The position numbers were made by a program, and so were the translations under genes. DNA of 64,000 bases from the NCBI RefSeq assembly GCF_006345805.1, contig NC_043013.1, positions 10,230,001 to 10,294,000 of the forward strand. The letters run 5' to 3'. Source of the stretch: Octopus sinensis (lineage: Eukaryota). The notes beneath the pieces were generated by a model. The model saw only the letters and a program-made list of their open reading frames with translations, ran no database searches and was not told the DNA's origin. Positions 39,998-53,779 of this stretch are shown here, one piece after another; the stretch's first letter is position 1, and each line of letters opens with the position of its first letter.

Positions 39998-41372
39998 ATC
40001 GAAGAATATTACAGCCGAAGAAAGACAATTTGGATCTTAGAACTCTCTGCATTCAATGAAACAGTCGCCTACAATGTATTTGCAGTCCCTGTAGTCATAA
40101 CACCATTTGGACGCTTGATGAGATCCGAGCCGTTGATGTGAAAACCTGAAAAATACTAACAAGCACATAATTTCCACAAAAACAGTGACGTGGACCGCCT
40201 CTACGAAAAACGAAAACAAGGCGGCAGAGGTTTAACATCGATCCAAAATGCCTTTCAATGTCGTATCACATCCCTTCAGCAATATCTTTTAAACACAAAG
40301 TGTCGAAGTGCATCCTTTGACCAAACATATCAGCATATCAGATGAAATGATGAGCCTCTATGAGCAGAAGGCTATGCATGGATATGTTCGAAGAGAGCTC
40401 TGTGATGAGAGTAACATCGATTATCAAAGCAGTTTATCATGGATGAATAGCCGGATTACTACCTCCCATGTTGAAGGCTATGCATTTTCAATCCAGGAAC
40501 AGGAAATATCAGCCAAGTACCTGATGCACAAAAGGGATAGAGATGCAGGAAAAACCGTAAACTGTGACAACTGATGCAGACTTTGTGGAGTTCACACCAT
40601 AACTAGTTGTCCGAAAATGTCATCACGATATTATCTACCGATGAAACATGACGTTGTAGCTAGGACACTCTATAATGAAATCCGTCGGAAGGATAATCCC
40701 GAGGACAAGAAATAAAAACCCATAATATGGTAGAAGCCACAACCACTCATAATATAAAGGAATAAGGGTGGAATATATTCCAGTGAAGACCTCCATAAAA
40801 TGCAAGCACGAGCTGATATAATGATTTGTGATAGAGAAGAGAAACTGTGCATAGTTGTGGATGTTAGCTGCCCAGCACACATTAACATAAAGCTGAAGAT
40901 ATGTGAAAAAGAGAACACCTATGCTAAACTATTGCGAAATCTGCAGTTACTCTATCCAGATTATTGGGGCCTTGGGATATGTAATACACTGCCTGTATAC
41001 CAATCTTGAGAAATTAGGCTCCTCAAAACCAGAAAGACGAAAGCTAATTCGAAGACTACAGATCCAATCCATCACTGGAACTGTAAAATCTGCAAAACTT
41101 TCCAGAAGCTTATCATTTAAATATATATGAGCATGTCTAAATATACCACTATATGCATGAGAATACATTCATAAAACATAAACATTTGCACATACATGAA
41201 TACATACATGCACACACTCATACATACATACATACATACATACATACATACATACATACATACATACATACCCTGCTGTTGACGTTGACATTTCAATGAA
41301 GGAACCCTGGATCCTGGTTACAAAACGATTCTTTTTCTATTGGCAAGAAATCTGGAAATAAACTGCATCATG
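39998..41372 (+). mobile_element. Decayed 5'-truncated R4/Dong-like retrotransposon flanked by (TACA)n
   Basis: ELSAFNETVAYNVFAVPV, NFHKNSDVDRLYEKRKQGGRGL, KAMHGY..EGYAFSIQEQEI, CRLC..SCP..KHDVVA, RADIMICD..VVDVSCP; aataaa near the 3' end. Confidence 0.85.
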
Positions 41373-42316
41373 ACATACATACACGCATACATGCATAAAA
41401 TATAATCGTAAACTTCGTGTACGTTATCGAAAGAATTTACGATTCTAATAGAATATAAGTTTTTTTAAAAAGCGCTATCCCTCTAGTATTCAATGAATAA
41501 GATTCTATACCCTCCAAAATAAGTAAAGCTACTTATTTATCCTGGATAAACTAAGCACATGAAACAAGATACCTTAGCATGGCTGCAGCTCTCGACCTAA
41601 AACTAGTAAAAGAAAATAGCAGACACTGACTATCATCGTAATTTCAATGCCTTGAACCTACGTTTCAGCTTCGATAATGTCAGACATCAATAAAAATATC
41701 ACTAAAGCTGTTTAATAATATAAAAATATAGTTCTATCAAGAATACAAATCACAATAGTATAAATCGTAAACGTTAATATACAAGGACCAATTTAACATA
41801 AGTAATCCCCAGAAAATAAAACATAAAGCCTATATAAATAAATAACATATAAAACATATATAAATGAATTGCATAAATGCATCATACTTTGGTTTATGTA
41901 CTTATTATTTATTATATATGTTTTATTTTCTGGTAATTACTTAATTTATAAAGATTGATTGCAAATGAAAAGTAAAAAAAAGAGATTAGAAACTGCAGGC
42001 GACAAGCTTGTCAAAAGAATTGACAACATGTTTAGTAGCATTTCATCCGGCTCTCCTGATTTTTGAGTTCAAAATCCTGCCGACGTCACCTTTGCGTTTC
42101 ATACGTTGCGGTCGATAACTCAAGTACAATTCAAATTCTAAGATCTGTGTATTTAATCAACTTCTCTCCTCTCAAATATTGCTGCTCCTGCAACTTGAAA
42201 GGGTCCGGCCTCCTCTTCAGGAGGTGTGCTGTTTTCTTGGTTACTTATACATTGGGAGACGAAGTAAACGACTTTATGGGTTCTACGGCTAAAAAAAAAT
42301 CTTATACATAAATATA

Positions 42317-42752
42317 GGCGCAGATGTGGTAAGTAACTTGCTTACCAACCAACGCATAGTTCCAGGTTCAGTCCCACTGCGTGGAACCGTGGTCAAGTGT
42401 CTTCTACTATAGCCTCGGGCTGACCAAAACCTTGTGAATGGATTTGGCCGACGGAAACTGAAAGAAGCCCGTCGTATATATATGCATATATATATGTATG
42501 TATATATGCGTGTATGTGTGTGTGTATGTATATGTTTGCGTGTCTGTGTTTGTCCCCCAACATCTCTTGACAACCGATGCTGGTGTGTTTACGTCCCTGC
42601 AAATCAGCGCTTTGGCAAAAGAGACCGATAGAATAAGTACTACGCTTACAAAGAATAAGTTTTGGGGTCGATTTGCTCGACTAAAAGCGTTGCTCCAGCA
42701 TGGCCACAGTCAAATGACTGAAACGAATAAAAAAGTAAAAGAATAAAAGAAT
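42317..42752 (+). mobile_element. SINE, gtggctgtgtggtaag family
   Basis: ggttcagtcccactgcgtgg, caagtgtcttctactatagcctcgggc, internal TA/TG repeat, taaaagaa tail. Confidence 0.9.
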
Positions 42753-42829
42753 AAATGGCAATTTTTGTCTCTCGATCTGTCAGTTACCATCTTGCCTCAT
42801 ACACCAGTGAACCAATCTTCACGAAACGT

Positions 42830-42875
<46 letters not shown>

Positions 42876-42931
42876 ACATGTAGGTACATACATATATAAA
42901 TATGTATGTATATATATACATACATACATAC

Positions 42932-42971
<40 letters not shown>

Positions 42972-43889
42972 TAATATATATATATATAATATATATATAT
43001 ATATACATACATACAGCTTCATGATTGTGTGTTTGTGTGAGTGTACATCTTTCTGGACGTGTTTTTGTAGACTTATACATACATTGAAACACTTATTAGT
43101 ATATGTGCGTTGCAGGATTATTATAATTTGACTATGGTAGCAATCGCTCGAATATATGATGCATTAATTTAATAAATAGTTAGGTAATTAGGCATAAATT
43201 AGATTAACAAGAAATCTAAGTATATCACATCATAAACTTTAGAGCTTCCCCGCTCCTCAGTTCTTCGTTATCCACAACTTTACAGTTCGGTCTGTTGATA
43301 TGTATTCACAATCCTGAATTTCGATGCTACCCAATGGAAGATGGCTTTGCCTTCCACTGATTTTAAATTGATTTAATTGCGCAATATCTCTTAAATTAAA
43401 AGACCTTACTCAATCTACAATAAATCTCTTCTTTCTCCTACGCAAATACTCCTTTGTATGTGTGTGTGTGGTCGTGTGTGTGGGTGAGTGAGAGTGAGTG
43501 TGTGTGTGTGTAAAGTTGTGCTGGTTGTGAGTATATTTGTGATGCATGTGTGTATGCCTTTGCCTGTTGTAGTCTCTGTTTGTATATGTTTGTGTATACA
43601 GATATTTGAGTATACACGTTCACACAACACACAGGAAGACACACACATACAAACAAACGTACGCACAAATACACGCACACACATACACACGCATTCTCAC
43701 CACATACATACACATGTGTATGCTTATGCTTATGCGTAGTGATTACGAGAGGATGTGTATTAACATACATTAGTAAATGTAAGTAAATATATCATATGCT
43801 TGGCAATATATATGCGTATGTGGGTACGTGTGCGTGCACGCGAATATACGCATATGTACATATATAATCATATTTTATATTCATATATA

Positions 43890-45116
43890 CAGGGATTGGA
43901 CAGAATAATGGAAAAGCCTTAAAGTTTCAAACAAATTTATTATAATAAGAGATAGGACCGCCTTTGGCAGTAATTACACTTTGAATTCTACGAGGTTTGG
44001 ACTCGTACAATGTTTGAACTGTTTCCAAAGGTATTTTTGTGCATGCTTCAGATAAAACAGTCTCCAGTTCTTGTAATGGTGATGATGGAGGATATCGACT
44101 CCTTATTTATTTTTCTAAAATGCACCATAAATGTTCAGTAATATTGAGATCTGGGGATTGTGGTGGCAAGATAAGATTAGAATGTTTCTCGTGCTATTCA
44201 TTAACAAATTTAGCTGTGTTAATTGGTGCATTATCATCCCGAAAGATTGCGCTTCTCTCCGGAAACAGTTCCGCAACCACAGGATGAATTAGTTCGGATA
44301 AAATGCTTAAATAGTGTTGACTATTAATTCTGCCATGAAGGGAAACCATTGGGCCGGCGAATTTACATGATACAGCCACTCCCAGATCTTCACAGATCCT
44401 CCTCCATGTTTAATAGTTGGAAGAAGACAGTCTAGGTTAAATGCATCTTTTGGTTGTCTCCACAGGTATACTCGGCCGGTGGTCGGAAATAAAGTAAAAG
44501 ATGACTCGTCATGAAAATAACATTCTTCCACTGTTCTAGGGACCAATTCTGTAGGTTTTTACTCCACTCTAAACGCTTTGCAACGTTTGTTTTTGAAAGT
44601 AGTGGTTTTCTGATTCCAGCCTTCCCCTGAAATCCGGCTTTGTGCAGCTCCTGGCGTACAGTTTATATGGAAACTGGGTTTTCGAGGTATTCATAAGACA
44701 CTGCAGTACTTTTGTGATCCTTTCTAACATTTCGCGTAAGAGTTCGACGATCCCTATCTGAGATCCCTTCCGGAGTTTTGTTTCGACGAGGAGGTTTTCC
44801 CCTCTTTCTCAAAGGCTGTCATTACTTTCGAGACAGTACTTTTTGATACACCAAACATTTCGGTTGTTTCCGTTAGGCTAGCGCCTGCGATACGAGTGCC
44901 GACAAATTGATTTCTTTGAAAGTTCGATAGATCTGTCAGTTTAATGAATTTTTATTACCTTTTTCTCAAAAGAAAGCGCAATTTTAGAAAATCATATTAT
45001 GCAACACTAATAATAAATTCCAAAATAAAAATAAACAAGCTTTTGACGGCTTTAAAGATATTTCAAAATTATGATGCTATGCTGCTACGTGTTTCCATTA
45101 TTTTGTCCAACCCATC
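43890..45116 (-). mobile_element. Near full-length decayed Tc1-like DNA transposon
   Basis: Inverted termini cagggattggacagaataatggaaa / tttccattattttgtccaaccc with TA flanks; motifs FHDESSF, KHGGGSV, FRDDNAP, PPQSPDLNITEHLW (DDE); frameshifts. Confidence 0.9.
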
Positions 45117-45654
45117 TATAATATACTAGCAGAGATACCCGGCGTTGCCCGGTTACATTCAATTGAAGAATTAGACTTTTATGTTATATTTTCTGTAATG
45201 AGCTGGAATACCTATGTTTCGAATTTCATCAAAATTGCAGATGAGGGTTATTACCCTCTTTACACACCCTAAAAGATTTGTAATCGTGCCACATGTATCC
45301 CATACTACTGATTTTTATGCGCATATTCCAAGATTCCAGTCTTATTGAACCTGTTAAAAAGATTTTGCTCCTAAAAAATGAAGGTCATGGAGCTCTAAAA
45401 TGTGAGAGTTAAGGCCCCTGTTGGGGGTGGGCATCTTAATGTCAACCAGAGAAGTTGAATTGTTGAAAATCTTTTTAACTTGGGTGTTATTTCTATTGTT
45501 TGAATTTCTTTGAAATAGGAAATATATGTTCACTGGGTTTGTAAAAGAAAGCAACGCTACAGGAAACTAAAAGACGAATGATCACAATAAGCAGTCAGTT
45601 ACCCTACCCTAGTCGTTACTTGAAGTACCGGTTCAAGAACTGTTTTATATATAT

Positions 45655-45745
<91 letters not shown>

Positions 45746-45859
45746 ATACATATATGTATATATATATATATATGTATAAACACACACATACACACATACT
45801 CAAAGATAAATTGATAGATAGTACTGAGTGGGCAAACAAAAATATGAGACCCTTCTTAG

Positions 45860-46165
45860 TGCTGTTTTATATTTTGATAAGCCTGGTACTTAACTATCAG
45901 TTTCCTCTTGTGAAACCAGTAAGTTATGGGGATGTAAATAAATGAACACCAGTTGTGAAGCAGTGATGAGGGGGAAACACAAAGACACACACATAGACTT
46001 ACATATATACATACATATACGTACAATTGATTTCTTCCAGTTTCTGTCTACAAAATCCACTGACCAGGCTTTGGTTGGTCTCAGGCTATAGCAGAAGACA
46101 CATCCCAAGTTACCACACAGTGTGACTGAAATGAGGACCATGTGTTTTGGAACCAAGTTTGTTAC
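45860..46165 (-). mobile_element. Decayed gtggctgtgtggtaag-family SINE
   Basis: ttccagtttctgtctac, ggctatagcagaagacac, cacagccacacctgcacct match the family. Confidence 0.8.
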
Positions 46166-46305
46166 AACACAGCCACACCTGCACCTATGTATGTATGTAT
46201 GTGTGTGGGTGGGTGTGTATGTGTGTGTATATGTATGCATGTATATGTGTATGCATATATATAAGTGTATATATATGTGTGTGTACATATTACATGTACA
46301 TCTAT

Positions 46306-46352
<47 letters not shown>

Positions 46353-46450
46353 TGTAATATGTACACATATATATATATACACTTGTTAATAGGGAAACAA
46401 AAACATCTCTCTATTGTATGTATATGGATGTATATATATATATATATTAT

Positions 46451-46502
<52 letters not shown>

Positions 46503-46511
46503 ATGTATGTA

Positions 46512-48013
46512 TTGTTGGCATCCTTTTTGTCTCGGGAGACAATGGAGTTGCTCATAAAGTAGTCTAGTCCGGCTTTTACATTTCATGTCCTGATACATTT
46601 CCTGCTGTGGCTGTGTAGTCCTATCCTGGACAAACACTCCCTCTGGCAGGTACTGCAAATGTAGCGAAGACTGTTCCTGGCTGGTTGTAATGCCATAGTT
46701 TCTTGTTGACGTCTTTCCTTGTCTTTCAATTTCTCCTCTCTCTCTCTGTCACTCCTTTGTATTCCCTCTCTTACGGTACGTCACCAGTCTCCACGGTGCC
46801 GGCAACTGCCTCCCAACCGCTAATATTAATGTTGCAGACCTTCATGTCCCTTTTGCAAACATCCTTGTAACGTAAGAGCGGTCTACCCACAGACCTAGTA
46901 CCCCTAGCAAGCTCTCCGTAAAGTAAGTCCTTGGGGATTCTGCCATCTTTCATACGGCTAACATGCCCAAGCCATCTCATACGTCTTTGAGTGAGGAGTG
47001 CAAACATGCTTGGTATTCCTGCTTGCCTGAGGACATCTTTGTTGGGGATATGGTTCTGCCATTTGATGCGGAGGATTTTCCGGAGGCAGCGCAGGTGAAA
47101 GATGTTTAGGCGACGCTCTTGGCGTGTGTATAGCGTCCAAGTCTCACTTCCATACAGTAGAGTGCTAAGTACACATGCCTGGTAGATCTTCATTTTCGTG
47201 GTCTTGGTCAGCTTATTGTTGTCCCAAACCCGTTTGGAGATTTGGGCCATCGCAGCAGCTGCTTTGCCAATGCGTATATTGACCTCAGCGTCGAGGGATA
47301 GGTTGTAGGTGACGGTAGAGCCCAGATAGGTAAACTTCTCCACCTCTTGTAATCTGTGGTCTCCAATATGTATGTTTGCGATGTCCGATGTAGCCTGACC
47401 CATGATGTTGGTCTTCTTAAGGATGATAGCTAAGCCAAAGTCGTTACATGCTTGCTCAAAACAGTTAATGAGCCTTTGGAGGGCTTCTTCTGTGTGTGAT
47501 ACCAGAGCGGCATCATCAGCAAATAGCATCTCCTTGATCAGGACGTTTCTGATTTTGGTCTTGGCACGCAGGCGCGAGACATTGAACAGTTTCCCGTCAC
47601 TTCTACTGTGCAGAAACACTCCATCATCTGATGTCTGAAAGGCATGTGAAAGTAAGAGCGAGAAGAAGATGCCAAACAATGTAGGAGCGAGGACACAACC
47701 TTGCTTTACCCCGTTTTTTTTTATTTGGAAGGCGGCTGATGTTGAACCGTTGTGCTGTAAGGTGCCTTGCATATAATCATGGAAAGACTTCATGATCCTC
47801 AGCAGCTTTGGTGGACATCCGATTTTTTGGAGCATGGTGAAGGGACCTGTTCTGCTTACCGAGACAAAGGCTTTTGTTAGATCAATAAAGGCCATATATA
47901 ATGGCATTCTCTGCTCTCTGGACTTCTCCTGAAGTTGGCGTATGGAGAATATCATATCGATAGTTGATCTGCTTCTTCTAAAGCCACACTGCGATTCCGG
48001 ATAGATTCGAGAA
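46512..48013 (-). mobile_element. 5'-truncated RTE-clade LINE, RT domain and C-terminus
   Basis: 394-aa ORF: FIDLTKAF, GVKQGCVLAPTLF, LFADD, FTYLGS, LLYGSETW, RWLGHV; upstream PESQCGFR; frameshifted CSTCQRECLSRIGLHSH; 3' stem-loop and caa tail. Confidence 0.95.
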
Positions 48014-49062
48014 ACAATATTTAATTAGTTTAAACGTACACAAATGCATAAAAATAATTTTTTATTGAATTGGACATTTGAAAATACTATTAAATTTCAT
48101 TCAAATCTAAAAAAAAGGTAAAATTGAACAGAACTGATTGGATGACTTGATATATATACTCTATGATATTCTAGTAGGTTTCAAGTTTGTAACACCTTGA
48201 TATCTCATGTTATCTGATTTTATATGCCTAAGACGTTTATTTTCTATTCTGGTTTTTATATATTTCTATACATTATATTTGTATCTATAATTTATTTTAA
48301 GCCGAAACATAATACGATCCTTGTACAAATGAAAGAACAAGAATGTCCTCTGGAACTTTTATCTTCCACCGGTGTTTGTAATCGATGGTGACATGTGCGA
48401 TGATTTTGCGATTATCTTATATTTTACTGAGAAATAGGAAGCCCCGAATGTAAGCCACCACTTTATGCATAATTCATAATATATAGTTCTCTATTTCTAA
48501 TTGAAATTCTGTCCTCAATAATTATAGATCTCTATTTCTAGATGTAATACTTTTTCTTCTCGTTCAAAGCTTTTTTCTCCAGCGTTCACCTCGTTATCGA
48601 ATATTTTCACTGTCCTGTTTTTGTTAGCAGCTTTGACGTTCTACGTATCTCAAATTTTATTTAATTTGATTTGGAGGAGCAATTGCTTTGAAGAAGCGAA
48701 TCTTCTTGCAATGTGGAGTAGGCAGAACTGCCAATAACTGAGGAAGGGTTGTTTTTTTTTATGCTGCGTCGCACTATGCTTCTCTATGTATAATTGAAAT
48801 TCTTTCTTTCTTTCTGCCAAGCCAAGCCAAGCCAAGCCAAGCAATTCTATTCTCTTTATGACGGTAAGACCAATGCCATAGCGCTCACTGTGGTGTCGCA
48901 GCCTTGGACAGTGAGCCCAATGGCGCCCAAGATCGAGCCTATAACACTCCTTGGACCCTAAGTAAGGCATGTGTAAAATTTGAATGAAATTGGTTGTGTA
49001 ATTCTCAAGTTTTAGGGAAACAGACAGACAGACACACATTCTCAGTTATATATATATATATT

Positions 49063-50056
49063 CTAGCATTATGACCCGTCGTTGCCGGGTCATAGTGCTA
49101 CTGCATATATATATGTGTATATATATGTGCACATATTACATGTACATCTATATATATACATCTACACATAAAATACAAAAAAGTAAGTTATATCTTGATA
49201 TCGCTAGTGATAACAATACTCAAAATATATAACAGACTGGAATTGTTAGCCCGTCTCTTGTAATTTCGATCAATTGTATCTTGTCCTCCCTCTTGTATAG
49301 AAGTGTGGCTACAATCCAGCCTAACTCTACTTCTGGGGGAGGGGGCATTTTTAATTTTTTATATAATTTTATATGAAGGTAAAAATAAAATATTTCCAGT
49401 TTGCAAGTTCGAGTCGAGTACTCCCTTACACGCTCCGTTGACTCGAACCTTGCTTCTATTGTGGCGAATTTACCTTTCATAGGCGCGCCAAATACTTTTC
49501 GAAGGTGCTTTCCTCCATGCGTTCAAGTCTTCTTTATTCTCTACATTGTATACTTTATAGACAACAGTCTTTTTTTTAAATTTAATTTATTATTATCCAT
49601 CTGGACTATTCCATTTCTGCACGCTAATTTTCTTTTTAATTTATTCTCATTCATGTGAAACCACTTATTCAAGTTCAAGTCATTGATGCAATTTTACACC
49701 AATTGCTATTTTTACTTTTGTAATATTACGATTATATCATACTTTAGCTTGATTTTAATTATTACTAACTACATATAATTCAATTGTTATTGTTTTTATT
49801 GTTAAAGTGAAAGTATCTGACATAAAATAGAGAAATGTTTTTGTTTCACTTTTAACACGTAATACTGAAATAGTGGAGAAGATATGATATTGCTATGGGC
49901 TCGCTCTAGGCAAGAAGTTGAACATTTTTTTTACCCATGAAACTACGTGGACCCTAAGTAAGGCATGTGTAAAATTTTAATGAAATTGGTTGTGTAGTTC
50001 TCAAGTTTTAGGGAAACACACAGACAGACAGACACACATTCTCTGTTTTATATATA
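49063..50056 (-). mobile_element. Non-autonomous Helitron
   Basis: 3' CTAG with hairpin 49064-49100; 5' ~100 bp (49948-50050) nearly identical to 48952-49050. Confidence 0.7.
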
Positions 50057-50060
50057 TGCA

Positions 50061-50093
<33 letters not shown>

Positions 50094-50955
50094 TTAGAGA
50101 CAATATATATATATATATATGCAATGTGTGTGTGTGTGTCTATGTGTGTGTCTATGTGTGTGTCTATGTGTGTGTGTGTTTGTGTGTCTATGCGTGTGCG
50201 TGTGTGTGTGTATGTATGTCTATGCGTGTGTGTATGTATGTCTATGCGTGTGTGTATGTATGTATGTATGTATGTATGTCTATGCGTGTGTGTATTTTTG
50301 CGTCTTTATTTGTCTCTCACCAGCGCTTGACAACAGGTGCGCGTTTGTTTCCGTCCTCATAACTTAGTGGTTCGGGATAGGAGTAAGATAGAATAAGTAC
50401 TGGGCTTCAAATAATGTCCTGGAATCGATTTTTTCGAATATAACCCTCAAATGCGGTGCTCCAGCATGGTCGAAATCAAATGATAAAAAGATAAACGATA
50501 AAAGAAGAAGCATAATATGTCTCACTGTCACTCTCTTCTCTCCGTCTCTTCCTCCCACCCTACATCTATACACATACACATACACATATATATATATACA
50601 TATTACTAATATATATATATATATATATGCACACGCATCTGAAGGTGAAGTTGGTCTTCATCCGTGCGGCTTTATCTTTAAAATGCGTCTCTCGACGTAG
50701 TAAAGAAAATTAGCTGTCACCTGAGACTTAATCATTGTGATGCACTTCCTTTCCCTGCACACTGTTTGTGAGTATGGAATGGAACACAAGAAGAAGAAGA
50801 AGAAGAAGAAGGAGTAGAAGAAGAAAATCAATTGGAAGCAAGTGAAAGAAAATAAAAAAAAATACAAGGGTTTTGAAGGAAAGGAATCTTTAAATTTACA
50901 AGTCTATCATTATATATACATATTCTTGTGTGTGTGCGTCTGTGTATTTATACTT

Positions 50956-51018
<63 letters not shown>

Positions 51019-51092
51019 AGTATGAATGTATATGTGATATCTGGCGGGCACACTGCAATCTATCAATAAATCTATCTGTCTGTGTGTGTATG

Positions 51093-51229
<137 letters not shown>

Positions 51230-51455
51230 CAAGTGTGTATATTGGTCTACATTTTCTTGTCATTTGCACACAATGTGCTTTCTTCAATATTTAATTCCTA
51301 TTCCACTCATGATCAAGCGCTCGGACATGCACGTGTATTACTCGACATAAACATGGAGTATACATTCATACATCACTCCCTCAATCATACATACACTCGT
51401 ACGCATGCTGTCTCTCTCAGACTTAATATTTTCTCACTGACTACATATATATATA

Positions 51456-51682
51456 CCAGAGTAAGCACATAAATGTGAAAATAGGTGGAAATACTAGTAC
51501 TCGAATACTGGAGATAAAGTAGTATGCTCTATCAATAATGCTGCAGAGACATCACAAAAACTGTTACTCAGAGCTTCACGTTTCTGTTCGCCGGACATGT
51601 TAAAACCGAAACTCTCCGACGAACAGAAACGTGAAACTCTGAGTAACAGTCTTTGTGATGTCTCCTGCAGTTTTCTGAATAA
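51456..51682. mobile_element. PLE-like fragment with inverted hammerhead pair
   Basis: Arms 51541-51595/51615-51670; plus copy actct-CCGACGA-acagaaacgt-GAAA-ctctgag-TA-acagt (51611-51650); related truncated copy at 56893-57005. Confidence 0.7.
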
Positions 51683-51834
51683 TATATATATATATATGTG
51701 TGTGTGTGTGTATATTTGTGTATATATATGTATTCGTTTATACACATATACATACATACATATGCTATACATATATATATGCGTGTGTGTCTGTTTGTGC
51801 ATGTATTCATGTATGTGTTTATTCTCAGACGAGT

Positions 51835-52217
51835 GGAGGCGCAATGGCCCAGTGGTTAGGGCAGCGGACTCGTGGTCATAGGATCGCGGTTTCGATTCCC
51901 AGACCGGGCGTTGTGAGTGTTTATTGAGCGAAAACACCTAAAGTTCCACGAGGCTCCGGCAGGGGATTGTGGTGATCCCTGCTGTACCCTTTCACCACAA
52001 CTTTCTCTCACTCTTACTTCCTGTTTCTGTTGTACCTGTATTTCAAAGGGCCGGCCTTGTCACTCTCTGTGCCACGCTGAATATCCCCGAGAACTACGTT
52101 AAGGGTACACGTGTCTGTGTAGTGCTCAGCCACTTACACGTTAATTTCACGAGCAGGCTGTTCCGTTGATTCGGATCAACCGGAACCCTCGTCGTCGTAA
52201 CCGACGGAGTGCTTCCA
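51835..52217 (+). mobile_element. Full-length tRNA-derived SINE, same family as 30206
   Basis: Near-identical to 30206-30588; tattctcagac on both flanks is a likely target-site duplication. Confidence 0.93.
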
Positions 52218-53134
52218 TATTCTCAGACAGATACATAGATAGACTGATATCAGATTAGAGATAGTATAAGTATATTTAACGGATCCTTTCTACCTTTCTG
52301 TAAATTAATTTGTTGTTAAATTCGAACAAACCAAATAGATGTGTTGAATTCTTTTTGCTTTCGTTTGTTCACCTCCTCTTATAACAGCTCCATTTTTTTA
52401 TGTTTGCTGCCCATAAATGAAGAATAAGTAGTTGAAGTTGGAGAGAAAACTGCTTATATTATCAACTTTGAAGAAATATCATAAAGCAAGCCTTCATTGA
52501 CACAGATTATTTAAATGACTTAATATGCAAGTATGGAGGGGCATTGAACATTTCGTAACTGTTTTGATTATCGTCATCAAACAGATACGTTCTTGCCATC
52601 TTTCTAAATCCCTTTCTAATCACAATAAATATTTCATGGCAGACTACAGACAATCACCCAATGTACACATTGTCGCCGACGCAAAAAGAACATAGAAAAA
52701 GCAAACACTTCCACCTACAGAGAAGGAACACCATTCACCCAAAGATGCAAGAAACAGACCGTCTGAACATTCGAAACAAATTGTAAAGCTCGCCACTTTC
52801 AGATATATAGATCACGTGCACCAGCTCGCTAAACGCAATTCTGCATAACTCTTAAGAATCAGAAGCTAACTTCATTTTCCTCTCTAATTACAAGGAAACC
52901 TACCTTTTTAAAAGCGGCTTGAATAAATTTTTGATGGCATCAACTTTGATAGCAGAAATGTTATTGTTTGATTCAATGGGATTGCTGTGTCGCTGCCAGC
53001 AACTGATTCTGTGGAACTGATAGGAAATTCGTCAGCAAATTCATCGGTATTAAAATTCGTAGATTTCCTCCTCCTGTGCTCCAATTCATGACATGAACAT
53101 TCCCTACAGAAAGACTAACGAGGAAACTGTTTAA

Positions 53135-53263
53135 ATGAACCGAAAAGCAATGATCCCCGCCGAAATAAGAAGGTTTATTCAGCGGCTCCAGCGGAAGTAT
53201 CTCCAGTCTATTGGCGGACAGTGGGACTTCAACGTATCTACGCTTTACAATAAAGAAGCACAA
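53135..53263 (+). other. Possible coding exon (weak)
   Basis: Non-repetitive 43-codon ORF ending at CAA|GTAAGG; acceptor-like ttccctacag at 53101-53110; no recognised homology. Confidence 0.15.
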
Positions 53264-53747
53264 GTAAGGAGTGGTTTCACCAATAACTTAGTATATATTG
53301 TGGTTCTTACAAACTTATTCTAAAAAGAAAGTAAGATATAGGTAATTTCTTAGCAATTTTCTTCAAGTCTAAATGCGTCAACTAATATAGATATCCCAGT
53401 CTCTAATTAGTTGGCATTTCTCAAGAAACGCTTATGAAACATCAAAGAATGTAGAAATGAGTGAATCTGTAAATAAGTAGACAAATACGTGAATGGATGA
53501 ATACATGAAACTGCAACAACATGGTGTGTGCTAATCTTTTATTTGTTCACCTACATGTATATGGTAATGATATATGTGTATGCGTGTTTGTGAGTGAGAG
53601 AAAGAGAGAGTGTGTGTGAATGTGTGAATGTGTGTTTATGTGTGTGTGTGTGTGTATACATAGATGTGTCTGAGCATGCATATACATATATGTATGCATG
53701 TTTGTATACATACATATATATGTGTGTGTGCGTGTGTGTTTGTATAC

Positions 53748-53779
<32 letters not shown>

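Larger units (their letters stand above)
45126..49055 (-). mobile_element. Putative Helitron containing nested SINE and RTE insertions
   Basis: 3' end ccgggcaacgccgggtatctctgCTAG|T at 45126; 5'-type end at 48952-49050; pairing of the two ends is inferred. Confidence 0.5.
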
